A stretch of DNA of 64,000 bases from an uncultured Pseudomonadales bacterium (GCA_964386355.1 CAYLQQ010000003.1:69880-133879); one strand, 5' to 3'; positions 20,300 to 28,864 are shown, numbered from the stretch's first letter. The notes: generated from the letters alone by a model not told the origin. Translations and numbers: made by a program.

Positions 20300-22075
20300 A
20301 TGCCCATTAATACTACCATTATCCATGGCCTAAAAGAGCAGTTAACTCAAAACCAAACTAATCAATCTCATACAATTGTTGAGTGGCACGAGGCTACTCA
20401 GCGGTTTGTGAGTGTTGAAATGCAACCTTTGCTGTATGGTTTGGATATCACTTCGTATGCAAAACAAATAACTGCTCAATTACAGGCTTCAATTCCAACG
20501 TTTACTCAACTTGTATCTTGGCTGTCTGGCATAGACCCAAAAGTAGTTAAGTGTTCCGTATTAGTAGGACAATTTAAGCAAAAGGGTAATGAAATGCATA
20601 TGGAACTGCAATCATCTACACCGCAAATGGTTTTATTAAAGAGAGGTAGGGAGTTGTATCAGATGATTATTACTGCGGAAGGAGTTTCAGGCACATTCGT
20701 TGCAGGTGATATGTTACTAGCCGGCAACCAGCATATGCTTGAGCGTATAAAATCCATTTCTCAATCGGAGATTGAAAAGCTACAAGCGCTAATCGAAAAC
20801 CTTTCTAAAGCATATCAATTATCCAGCAAAATTATCGTAATGGAAAGCTTCAAGAAGAAGATCAGTCCCCGTGCTCTAATGTGGCTTAAAAGGACAACCT
20901 CTAATCTAATATCAAGAAAAAATATATCAAGTCCTTCAACACTTGTTCCTGATATTTTGCAACGAAAACCAATACTATTGGATAAAAGAAGAAAATATGC
21001 CCTCATTCTATCAATCGTATTTTTAATGCTGCTTACAACTAGTGTTGGTTTGGGTATTTCCAAGCGTCAGCAGTTTATGAAATCTCAAAAAGAGCAACAG
21101 CTTATCGATAATGTACGTTACCGGCTGGAGCAAGCCAAATCACTAGAGCAACTCAACCCAGCAAGAGCTAAGGTGCTGCTTACGGAAGCAAGGCAGGCAT
21201 TGCAAGCGTACAAAACTGAAAACCAGCTATCTTCGCAAATGGTGCAAAATCTAGACCGTGAGGTAGCTCTTGCGTATGAACTTGTATCCGGTCTCATTTT
21301 AGTACAAGAGGTGCCCCAGTATTTTGACCCACTTTTGATAAAAGATGTATTTATACCAACACAAATGACACTTTCAGATGATGAAATAAGTCTATTGGAT
21401 ACATCAAATAAGATTGCAGGAACAGTCTCTTTGGAGTCAAAATCATCTAAAGTGATTGCAGGAAGCTCAGTAATACAGTCAAATTCGAGGATTGCATCAG
21501 TACCAACTTGGCTGTTTCTACTATCAGGAAATAAGCTATCAGTTGTTGATAAACTGAGCCAAAAACAGATTAAGAGCTTTACTCTGTCAAAAACTGAGGT
21601 GTCTGATCTGGTTGGGTATGGGAATAATTTGTATGTTTTGGATGTGCTAGCCGGTCAAGTATTGCGGTTTAGGGGGACCAAAGATGGTTTATCAAAATCT
21701 GAGGAATTTTTTAACGAGCAACAAGACCTAAGTGGGGCGGTAGGTATATCAGTGGATGGGTCTGTTTGGGTGTTATACAAAGATGGTTCACTGGAAAAAT
21801 ACACAAGTGGTTTGAGGGACGCCCTTTTTCCCGATTTTGGTTTGGATAAACCAATACAAGAAGCAAGTTATATTTTTACTGATGAAAATCAAAAAGATGT
21901 ATATATACTAGACAAAAAACAGGGAAGGGTTATTGCTGTAAGCAAGCGCGGTGAATTTGTAGCTGAGTATAGCTGGGAAGGCCTTAAAATGTGTGATGAT
22001 TTTGTCGTATCCGAGGCAATCGGTAAAATTCTGGTCTTAAAAGATGGTAAGATATGGGGAATTGGGTTAAAATAA
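20300..22075 (+). CDS. Membrane-anchored protein with a C-terminal beta-propeller (NHL-like) domain
   Basis: Single TM; YGNNLYVLD, ISVDGSVWVL, VYILD repeats; upstream of smpB. Confidence 0.65.
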   Translation: MPINTTIIHGLKEQLTQNQTNQSHTIVEWHEATQRFVSVEMQPLLYGLDITSYAKQITAQLQASIPTFTQLVSWLSGIDPKVVKCSVLVGQFKQKGNEMHMELQSSTPQMVLLKRGRELYQMIITAEGVSGTFVAGDMLLAGNQHMLERIKSISQSEIEKLQALIENLSKAYQLSSKIIVMESFKKKISPRALMWLKRTTSNLISRKNISSPSTLVPDILQRKPILLDKRRKYALILSIVFLMLLTTSVGLGISKRQQFMKSQKEQQLIDNVRYRLEQAKSLEQLNPARAKVLLTEARQALQAYKTENQLSSQMVQNLDREVALAYELVSGLILVQEVPQYFDPLLIKDVFIPTQMTLSDDEISLLDTSNKIAGTVSLESKSSKVIAGSSVIQSNSRIASVPTWLFLLSGNKLSVVDKLSQKQIKSFTLSKTEVSDLVGYGNNLYVLDVLAGQVLRFRGTKDGLSKSEEFFNEQQDLSGAVGISVDGSVWVLYKDGSLEKYTSGLRDALFPDFGLDKPIQEASYIFTDENQKDVYILDKKQGRVIAVSKRGEFVAEYSWEGLKMCDDFVVSEAIGKILVLKDGKIWGIGLK

Positions 22076-22131
22076 CGGGAACAATAGCCATTTTGCCATT
22101 TTATATAAGAAGAAATTGAGTACAAACGAAT

Positions 22132-22569
22132 ATGAAGATTGTGAATAAATATGCAAGTTACGAATTTCAACTTTTTGACCGTTTTGAAGCTGGTATTGTT
22201 CTTATTGGGTCAGAAGTAAAAAGTGTCAAGCTAGGACGGGTATCATTAAAAGATGGCTTTGTAAAAATTGTTGGTGGAGAGCTATTGCTGCTTAATGTTC
22301 TGATCTCTCCTTATTCATTTGCTGATAACGAAAAGTACGAACCTAAACGGACCCGCAAGCTGCTCATGCACAAAAGCGAGATTCTGAAACTTTCCCAAAA
22401 ATTGGATACCAAACGCATGACGCTAGTTCCGACTGCTATGTATGTAAAGCAAGGAAAAATTAAAGTTGAAATAGCTTTGGCAAAAGGGAAAATGGAATTT
22501 GAAAAACGGGATGCAATCCGCAAGCGCGACCAGATGAGAGAGCAAGAAAAAATACTGAAGAGGTTTTAG
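22132..22569 (+). CDS. smpB: SsrA-binding protein
   Basis: EAGIVLIGSEVKS, RTRKLLMHK, KVEIALAKGK, KRDAI. Confidence 0.97.
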   Translation: MKIVNKYASYEFQLFDRFEAGIVLIGSEVKSVKLGRVSLKDGFVKIVGGELLLLNVLISPYSFADNEKYEPKRTRKLLMHKSEILKLSQKLDTKRMTLVPTAMYVKQGKIKVEIALAKGKMEFEKRDAIRKRDQMREQEKILKRF

Positions 22570-22638
22570 GTGATAGGTTATAGTAGGGAACGAAAACTTT
22601 CGTTATAGTTTGTTGGGATGATCAGCAACTTGCCCATT

Positions 22639-23154
22639 TTATTTCTTTAAATCAACAGCATTTACAATGCAGACTTTACCAATATTTCTTTTCATTAGTT
22701 CAATCGCGTCTTGATGGAATTTGAGCCCATGGTGTGAAGCGCATAGGTCTTCAATAACTTTCACATTATGATCTTTTTCAAATGCTGCAAATGCGCTGGC
22801 AAGAACACATGCGTCAGTGTCAATTCCGCACAGGTAGAGCTCAACATCTTTCTTATTTGCAAGATACCTAACAAATTCATCTGATCCGAATATTGAAAAT
22901 GTATGTTTATTAAACGTGTGATGCTTGTTGGCATACGGAACTAACTCAGAAGCCAGTTCGACTTCTTTGCCATGCATCATATGGTTCCAAGCGAAAAGTT
23001 TAACAAAGTTAGAATTGGGATGATTTACGTACTGGAAGAAAACAACATCATTAAATACATGGGCTTCTATGCACTCTGCAATAGCCTTGGGAAGATGTAT
23101 TGTATGATCGTTTAGAAAATAGGTTTGGACATCAACAACAACCAAGATCTTCAT
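22639..23154 (-). CDS. Isochorismatase/cysteine hydrolase family protein
   Basis: LVVVDVQ, K-x-x-FS, GIDTDACV, EDLCAS. Confidence 0.88.
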   Translation of the reverse strand: MKILVVVDVQTYFLNDHTIHLPKAIAECIEAHVFNDVVFFQYVNHPNSNFVKLFAWNHMMHGKEVELASELVPYANKHHTFNKHTFSIFGSDEFVRYLANKKDVELYLCGIDTDACVLASAFAAFEKDHNVKVIEDLCASHHGLKFHQDAIELMKRNIGKVCIVNAVDLKK

Positions 23155-23192
23155 GATGATAGTTTATTAGTTTATATTCACTATACAAGACT

Positions 23193-23417
23193 TTAATTCC
23201 TAAACACAAAACCAGAATTTGTCTTTAGATATTTTTCAAAATCAAACGCTTTCTTCTTGGTTTCAAACGCAGCATAGAAAACCAATTCGACAGGTCTTAG
23301 GTTTTTTGTATGACTTACAAATTCTTGGCAATGTTCTTTAATTCTATTTTCCAAATTTGTAGAGAAACCGTGATAATAAGATCCGTTTGCTAATTGAAGA
23401 ATATATGCATAATACAT
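23193..23417 (-). CDS. Small stand-alone GIY-YIG nuclease
   Basis: MYYAYIL...YYHGFSTNLENRIKEH...FEKYLKTNSG. Confidence 0.85.
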   Translation of the reverse strand: MYYAYILQLANGSYYHGFSTNLENRIKEHCQEFVSHTKNLRPVELVFYAAFETKKKAFDFEKYLKTNSGFVFRN

Positions 23418-23460
23418 GCTTTTACTAAGTTTGAAGTACACAAAATGTACTAAAAGGCAG

Positions 23461-23579
23461 TCCCACTTCACTTTAAAAAGCTTCGCGGAACACACTCCGC
23501 ATCAATGATCACACTAATACGAAAAATAAGAGTGGCCTGCCACGCGAAGCACTTTCTGTTAAGAAAGTGCGGAGTGTGG
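23461..23579. repeat. Inverted pair of GAA-bulged REP-like hairpins between the tmRNA 3' end and the GIY-YIG gene
   Basis: TCCCACTTCAC-TTTAAAAA-GCTTCGCGGAA (23461-23490) and CCACGCGAAGCACTTTCT-GTTA-AGAAAGTGCGGAGTGTGG (23540-23579). Confidence 0.6.
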
Positions 23580-24002
23580 AGATGGGGGGAATCGCACCCC
23601 CGTCTAGCTTTGACTTCTCAATCGTCTACACACGTAGTTTGCTAGTGTACTGAAAAGATGATTAGCAAACGACTCATGTCTTTTCAGTTTAGCCTAAATT
23701 TGATTCCGCTTGGCAATTACGGAACTACACCTATCGTTTGGTTTCACCCACAATCGACTCCGATAAGAAAAGTTATTGTGAATGTCCTTAGAAGCAATTA
23801 AGCGTATAAAGCATTAACTACTGGTCTTTGGAAACTGGCAACTGTTTCGCGGATACTTTCTTTGGCATCAGCTACTACTCGTTGAACTCCAGTTTTGATG
23901 ACGCGTACGTCAGCATTTGTGTTTTGAAATTGTTTTACGACTACATTTCAAAGTCGGTGTGCAGATTTTCAAAGAACAAAACTGTCGAATCTAGGCATCC
24001 CC
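23577..24002 (-). ncRNA. ssrA: tmRNA (transfer-messenger RNA), about 426 nt, CCA not encoded
   Basis: 5' GGGGAUG...AUUCGAC and 3' GACGGGGGUGCGAUUCCCCCCAUCUCCA with the G3:U70 alanine determinant; PK1 (CGACU/AGUCG, UUGAAAU/AUUUCAA); tag ORF ending ALYA*; ~1 kb from smpB. Confidence 0.95.
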
Positions 24003-24079
24003 ATGGTTTGAATTTCCACACTCTATTATACTGGATGGTGTCAAATATTACTTATGTAAGTAAATTGTGGTTAATTTTT

Positions 24080-24781
24080 ATGTTACTGAGTTTGTTGCAC
24101 CTCATTTTCCCTCCTATTTGCCTCTCATGCGATCGATTTGGATATTTTATATGCCCCACATGCCAAAAGGATATGAGTAAGCTCAATGGTTTCATTTGTC
24201 CTGATTGTCTCAAGGTTTGTCCTGATGGTAATCTTCACAACTCATGCAGGGGTAGTGTCGATGGGCTTATTTCCTGTTGGAATTATGAAAAAGTAACGCA
24301 AAAAATTATCAAAGAAATTAAGTACCGGTTTTACTATGCCAGCATAAAAGAATTGATACATAGATTTATAGGACAGAGACAAACATCACAACCGTTTGAA
24401 GCATTTCTTGAATCAAAACCTCTTATCATTCCGATTCCTCTTCATCCAAAGCGCTTGGGTTATCGGGGATTTAATCAGGCTGAATTAATTGCCAGAGAGC
24501 TTCAAAACGCCTGGCAATTAGCCATTAGCACGAAAATACTGATCCGTACAAAATACACTAAACCTCAGGCAGAGCTGACCAAACAGGAGCGAATGCTTAA
24601 CACTAAAGATATGTTTACAGCTAATCCAAAACTGCTCAAATTAGGCGAAAAACCGCTTGAGGGCAGAAATATACTCTTAGTTGATGACGTCTGGACTACA
24701 GGTTCTACCTGTCAGGCATGTGCTAAAGTACTAAAAGGTTTGGGTGCCGAGAAGGTATGGGTGGTAACAGTGGCGAGATAA
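24080..24781 (+). CDS. comF: ComF family protein (double zinc ribbon + phosphoribosyltransferase)
   Basis: FPPICLSC, CxxC pairs, PIPLH..RGFNQ, ILLVDDVWTTGST. Start reassigned to ATG 24080 because the longer ORF overlaps the tmRNA. Confidence 0.9.
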   Translation: MLLSLLHLIFPPICLSCDRFGYFICPTCQKDMSKLNGFICPDCLKVCPDGNLHNSCRGSVDGLISCWNYEKVTQKIIKEIKYRFYYASIKELIHRFIGQRQTSQPFEAFLESKPLIIPIPLHPKRLGYRGFNQAELIARELQNAWQLAISTKILIRTKYTKPQAELTKQERMLNTKDMFTANPKLLKLGEKPLEGRNILLVDDVWTTGSTCQACAKVLKGLGAEKVWVVTVAR

Positions 24782-24784
24782 TAA

Positions 24785-25009
24785 CTACTCAGTTATTCGA
24801 AGATATGTAGCTATTCCCCATAGTAAACCTGCAAAAATATAATACAAACAGTATTTAGTAGAATCTTTACCTGTAATTTCAAGCATAGTGGATACATGTT
24901 TGTCGTACCACCACACTCGTTTCTGAACTAAACCCATTGCACCTATACCTAACAAAAAGATAGTTACGAGTATGCTTCCGCTAAGTAAAATTAAGTATAT
25001 TATGCTCAT
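24785..25009 (-). CDS. Small hypothetical two-TM protein
   Basis: 74-aa ORF starting just downstream of tRNA-Ser(TGA). Confidence 0.5.
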   Translation of the reverse strand: MSIIYLILLSGSILVTIFLLGIGAMGLVQKRVWWYDKHVSTMLEITGKDSTKYCLYYIFAGLLWGIATYLRITE

Positions 25010-25020
25010 AAAATAATCTG

Positions 25021-25103
25021 CGGAAGGGGCGAGATTCGAACTCGCGAAGCTTTCGCTTGCCGGTTTTCAAGACCGGTGCACTCGACCACTATGCGACCCT
25101 TCC
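25021..25103 (-). tRNA. trnS: tRNA-Ser(TGA)
   Basis: GGAAGGG acceptor, anticodon arm CCGGT-CT-TGA-AA-ACCGG, long variable arm, GTTCGAATC. Confidence 0.96.
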
Positions 25104-25336
25104 ATCAAAATTTCTTGCTTACTGCATTATTTAAACTTACTGATTTGACCACTACCCTGTTGTATTAACAACAGGGCGGCCTGTTCCTATCGGAACATGC
25201 ACGGTGCGACCCTTCCAGATATCCAATTTTCCGAACTTTTCTATCAAACAATCGGATTTGACCACTATACTAAAACTTTCAGTTTCAGCAAGATCTCTCT
25301 GTGCTTTGCACAAAATAGATGCGGTACGATTCTTCC
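25104..25336 (-). repeat. Two tandem tRNA-5'-end units (113 and 120 bp) with two-hairpin inserts upstream of tRNA-Ser(TGA)
   Basis: GGAAGGGTCGCA (25216-25205) and GGAAGAATCGTA (25336-25325), each followed by CCGY-hairpin-2 nt-hairpin-TAGTGGTCAAATC. Confidence 0.85.
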
Positions 25337-25414
25337 CTGATGTGCTATTTTAACCCGAAACGGACAACTTTTCATCTTGGGTTATCGGCTCAATTTGTGC
25401 TATTATAAACTACT

Positions 25415-26041
25415 ATGGATCAAGTACATACTTCTCAAACTGACCCACATACAAACCAAAATTTTGATCCCAACGTAGCTACCTACCAAGAACCAATGCC
25501 TGTGTCTGTAGTTCGTGAACCGATGAAAGTACTTTTGGCATGGAGATCAGCGTCAAGGCCTTTTGAGCGAAAAGACAGGGAATTTTATACGACAGCTGGT
25601 TCAATCATTTTTCTCGTGTGTGTAATTCTGCTATTTATTAAAGAATTTCTTTTTATTATGGCCATCATTGCCATGGCCTTTTTTTATTACATTATTACTT
25701 CGGTTGAGCCTGAAAAAGTTGAACACAGGATCACAAATAAAGGGGTATTTTCTATTGATAAACTGTATGAATGGGCTCAATTAGGACGGTTTTGGTTTGA
25801 AACTAAACTTGGACAGGAAGTAGTAATGATAGAAAATTTTGTTAGCTTGCCACCTCGTCTCATGATTGTGTTAGGAGAACAAAAGAAAGAAGCAATCCAA
25901 TCAATATTAGAAAAATACTTGATCATGGAAAAACCTGAGCTTGGTCAAGTAGAAAAAATGGGTGCCTGGTTACAAAAGAAGGTTAATGTTGAAAGTTCAA
26001 CGCAAACAAAGTCCCCAAATCCACCCCAAACTAAACCCTGA
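25415..26041 (+). CDS. Conserved CPR-type membrane protein (DUF5673-like)
   Basis: LLAWRSASRPF, two TMs, ITNKGV...YEWAQLGRFWF. Confidence 0.7.
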   Translation: MDQVHTSQTDPHTNQNFDPNVATYQEPMPVSVVREPMKVLLAWRSASRPFERKDREFYTTAGSIIFLVCVILLFIKEFLFIMAIIAMAFFYYIITSVEPEKVEHRITNKGVFSIDKLYEWAQLGRFWFETKLGQEVVMIENFVSLPPRLMIVLGEQKKEAIQSILEKYLIMEKPELGQVEKMGAWLQKKVNVESSTQTKSPNPPQTKP

Positions 26042-26086
26042 TAAATTGCTTTTAATCTGATAAAATATCGATTGCAGAAATGGATT

Positions 26087-26158
26087 GCTCTCATAGTTCA
26101 ATGGATAGAACAGGGGTTTGCGGAACCTCAGATGCAAGTTCGATTCTTGCTGGGAGCA
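26087..26158 (+). tRNA. trnR: tRNA-Arg(GCG)
   Basis: GCTCTCA/TGGGAGC acceptor, GGGGT-TT-GCG-GA-ACCTC anticodon arm, GTTCGATTC. Confidence 0.93.
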
Positions 26159-26425
26159 CTAAATGAGACCGTTAGATTTTGGTCTCTTTTTTTACGAGTT
26201 ATAACTGTATTATCATACCTAATTGCTGTTTCCACTAGGTGAAATGCAATTTTCCTTATCTCATAGTAGGCTTATAAGTAATTCGATTTGTCGTTCTTAG
26301 TTTTATTCTAATCCGTTTCTTTGTGAAACACCCCACTTCTTCAATTGAACTCGTATCTTTATAGTTTCCAATTACGGACTAAAAAACGAGACCGTTTTCT
26401 AACGGTTGCGCACTAAATACGTCAT

Positions 26426-26483
26426 ATGGATAGAACAGGGGTTTGCGGTCCCGCATATGCGGGACGATTCCAGCTGGGAGCAC
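26426..26483 (+). pseudogene. Chimeric tRNA-Arg remnant interrupted by a perfect 18-bp palindrome
   Basis: ATGGATAGAACAGGGGTTTGCGG (same as 26101-26123) + GTCCCGCATATGCGGGAC (26448-26465) + CGATTCCAGCTGGGAGCAC (same as the tRNA-Arg(CCG) 3' end). Confidence 0.8.
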
Positions 26484-26500
26484 GTATTATTGCTAAGCTA

Positions 26501-27256
26501 CTATTTTAGAAAAGATGCAGCCTCCTGATCTATAAATATCTTTACCTTTTCTCCCACATTTCTCAGAGCTGATGCTGGACAATCTTCAGATATAGGATCT
26601 AGTAAGCTTTCTCTAAGCAGCTCGGCATATTTTGTACCATAACAAACCAGTAGTATTTCTTTTGAATCAAGGATGGTCCCAATACCTTGGGTTAGGGCAG
26701 ACTCGGGTGAAGACTGTCCCCGTTCTTTCTGGTCACGCTCAACCGTTTCTTTACATAGTTGTGCGAGGTGAGTTCGCGAGGAAAAAGAAGTACCCCGCTC
26801 GTTAAATCCTATATGACACCCCGGTCCTATTCCGAGTATGGAAAGTTCGATTGGGTGTCGTGCAATCAACTCCTCATAGTGTAATGCCTCTTGTTTCGGA
26901 TCTTGTGCTTCTCCGTTTAGTGAGAAAATGCGTTCAGGAGCAATATGGAAAGGTCGATAAACGAGATCAGTCAGATATTTGACAAAACTGTAGGGCTCAG
27001 TCGGGTTGCATGGGAAATACTCATCAAGGTGAAATGCATATGTGTTACTAAAATCAGTTGTGCCGGATTCGATAAACTTAGATATTTCCTGGTAAACAGC
27101 TATTTTCGAATTGCCTGTAGCGTAACTGACAACCAGATCGGGTTTACTGCCAACCCTATCTGCAATGTAGGAAGCACATCCCTGGGATGTGGCCATCTCA
27201 TCAGAGTAGATGCGAATTTCTTTGATTTCGGGGTGAAAAAATGTTGTGTAGTTCAT
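26501..27256 (-). CDS. nagB: Glucosamine-6-phosphate deaminase
   Basis: ATGNS, FHLDEY, LGIGPGCHIGFNE, ALTQGIGTI, PASAL. Confidence 0.9.
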   Translation of the reverse strand: MNYTTFFHPEIKEIRIYSDEMATSQGCASYIADRVGSKPDLVVSYATGNSKIAVYQEISKFIESGTTDFSNTYAFHLDEYFPCNPTEPYSFVKYLTDLVYRPFHIAPERIFSLNGEAQDPKQEALHYEELIARHPIELSILGIGPGCHIGFNERGTSFSSRTHLAQLCKETVERDQKERGQSSPESALTQGIGTILDSKEILLVCYGTKYAELLRESLLDPISEDCPASALRNVGEKVKIFIDQEAASFLK

Positions 27257-27285
27257 ATATCTATGTATAGCACTACACATATATT

Positions 27286-28086
27286 TTATGAAGAGGTTAA
27301 TCCTTTAGATTTTAAAATTACCCGCTTCATATACGCATCAATAATTTTACCTAGTAACTTTTTAAATATACTTAAACGCACGGGATAAAAGTAATCTGAC
27401 TCAAACCAACCCATTTCCTTAAAGTGATTATGGTCTTTATTATCTTGCTGACTGTACTTGTGGCCTGAGCGGGTCAAATGGAAAATAAGAACTCTGAAAA
27501 GACTAGGACTGTATTTATTCACCGATGATAAAGCCCCTTCAATTCTCTGAATCTGTTTTTGCAGACCACGTTCAATCATACGCTGTTCGTTTTTGCTCCA
27601 GGCTAGTCCCGGATTGTATGCACCCGAGGTTAGGGTGAAGATACTTCCTTTCACAAAAATACCGCCCCAGAACCCTACTGTATCTTTGAAGTATTTTTCA
27701 ATCGTATCTCCACCATATACTCCCTGGGTAATGATTGAGGAAAAAACTTTCTTGAAAAAACGAGGTCGGTGATAGACAAATGCAAAGCGGTCAAAGAAAT
27801 TTTTCATCAAACCCGATACGTTTAGAGAGTAATTTGGGGTAGTAAATACAATACAGTCTGCTCTGTCCATCTTTTCTAAGATCATAGTCTTATCGTCTTT
27901 GAGCGGACATAGGTCTTCACCTCTAGAAAGGCAAACGGCACAACCTTTGCACATCTGCAGATTGAGGTCCTTTAAGTAAAGTACTTCGGTTTTGTATCTA
28001 TCTTCTAATAGTTCAACAAAACGTTTGACCACCCGTTGAGATTGACCTATGCGCGGGCTTCCGGCAATGATGAGGATCTTTTTCAT
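27286..28086 (-). CDS. Iron-sulfur flavoprotein / flavodoxin family protein
   Basis: GSPR, CKGCAVC...CPLKDD, TPNYSLNVSGLMKNFFDR. Confidence 0.85.
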   Translation of the reverse strand: MKKILIIAGSPRIGQSQRVVKRFVELLEDRYKTEVLYLKDLNLQMCKGCAVCLSRGEDLCPLKDDKTMILEKMDRADCIVFTTPNYSLNVSGLMKNFFDRFAFVYHRPRFFKKVFSSIITQGVYGGDTIEKYFKDTVGFWGGIFVKGSIFTLTSGAYNPGLAWSKNEQRMIERGLQKQIQRIEGALSSVNKYSPSLFRVLIFHLTRSGHKYSQQDNKDHNHFKEMGWFESDYFYPVRLSIFKKLLGKIIDAYMKRVILKSKGLTSS

Positions 28087-28123
28087 ATTCAAGTTTTTTA
28101 ATGGATATAGAATTGAGAAAATC

Positions 28124-28708
28124 TTATAGATTTATACTTTTGGCTGCAAATTCTTTTTCTATGGAAATTTTCAAATCATTGAGAAGATATGGAAGGTGAG
28201 ACTTACCAATCTCAGTTTTTACTCTTTTCGGAAACATCTCTCTGAATTCTCCATACACTCGTAGCCACTCTGAGGGTTGGTATTTCTCCTTTAAATGGTC
28301 AATCGTCAACTTACTTAAATTGTCTGCATCAACAATAATTGCCTCGTCGTCAGTATTTGAAGCGTGTTCGTCAGCTGCATGGATAAGACGATTGATGGTT
28401 TTTATGTCCTTTGGCAAGTATTTTAATTTTTTTAAAAAGTTGATTGTGAATTTTTTCGAATTATCGTTAGCTTGTCTCTCAAATTGTAGGAGTTCGTCAA
28501 AAGTAATTTTCTTATCGCTAGACAAAACATCTCTCCAGCCAATATCGTGGATATATGCTGCGCTAATGAGAAGGGGCAAATAATCCCTTCCTTTTCCTAG
28601 TTTTTTCACCCACTCTACGACTCGCCTGGCATGGTTCCAATCGCCAGGACGACATCGTGAAATTTCTTTCTCAGCTTTTGATTTAAAAATGTCTTCATTA
28701 AAATTCAT
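28124..28708 (-). CDS. HD-domain phosphohydrolase
   Basis: HARRV, AAYIHDIG, IVDADNLS. Start set at ATG 28708 because the upstream extension overlaps a tRNA. Confidence 0.8.
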   Translation of the reverse strand: MNFNEDIFKSKAEKEISRCRPGDWNHARRVVEWVKKLGKGRDYLPLLISAAYIHDIGWRDVLSSDKKITFDELLQFERQANDNSKKFTINFLKKLKYLPKDIKTINRLIHAADEHASNTDDEAIIVDADNLSKLTIDHLKEKYQPSEWLRVYGEFREMFPKRVKTEIGKSHLPYLLNDLKISIEKEFAAKSINL

Positions 28709-28728
28709 ATCATTTGGATAATTTTGAC

Positions 28729-28816
28729 TGGCGGAGGGGGCGAGATTTCCATTCGTCTCACTTCGTTCGCTCAGGATAGCCACGTGCTTTGCACTTGGTT
28801 GACTTCTCATCTCGCC
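28729..28816 (-). repeat. Copy of a tRNA-Ser 3' end whose T-loop is replaced by a two-hairpin insert
   Basis: GGCGAG-[ATGAGAAGTCAACCAAGTGCAAAGCACGTGGCTATCCTGAGCGAACGAAGTGAGACGAATGGA]-AATCTCGCCCCCTCCGCCA, about 130 bp from the matching part of tRNA-Ser(CGA). Confidence 0.75.
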
Positions 28817-28864
28817 TTCATTGAAAAGAAAGAATCGGCATTTGAGCCGACTTTTTCTTTTCAG

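Noticed and set aside
23828-24079. N-terminal extension of the ComF ORF
   Set aside because: It lies antisense to the tmRNA; the ComF motifs begin after ATG 24080.
25092-25336. CRISPR array suggested by the periodic repeats
   Set aside because: The repeats are tRNA-derived 12-mers with a 113-120 bp period and mutually homologous intervening sequence; no cas genes occur in the window.
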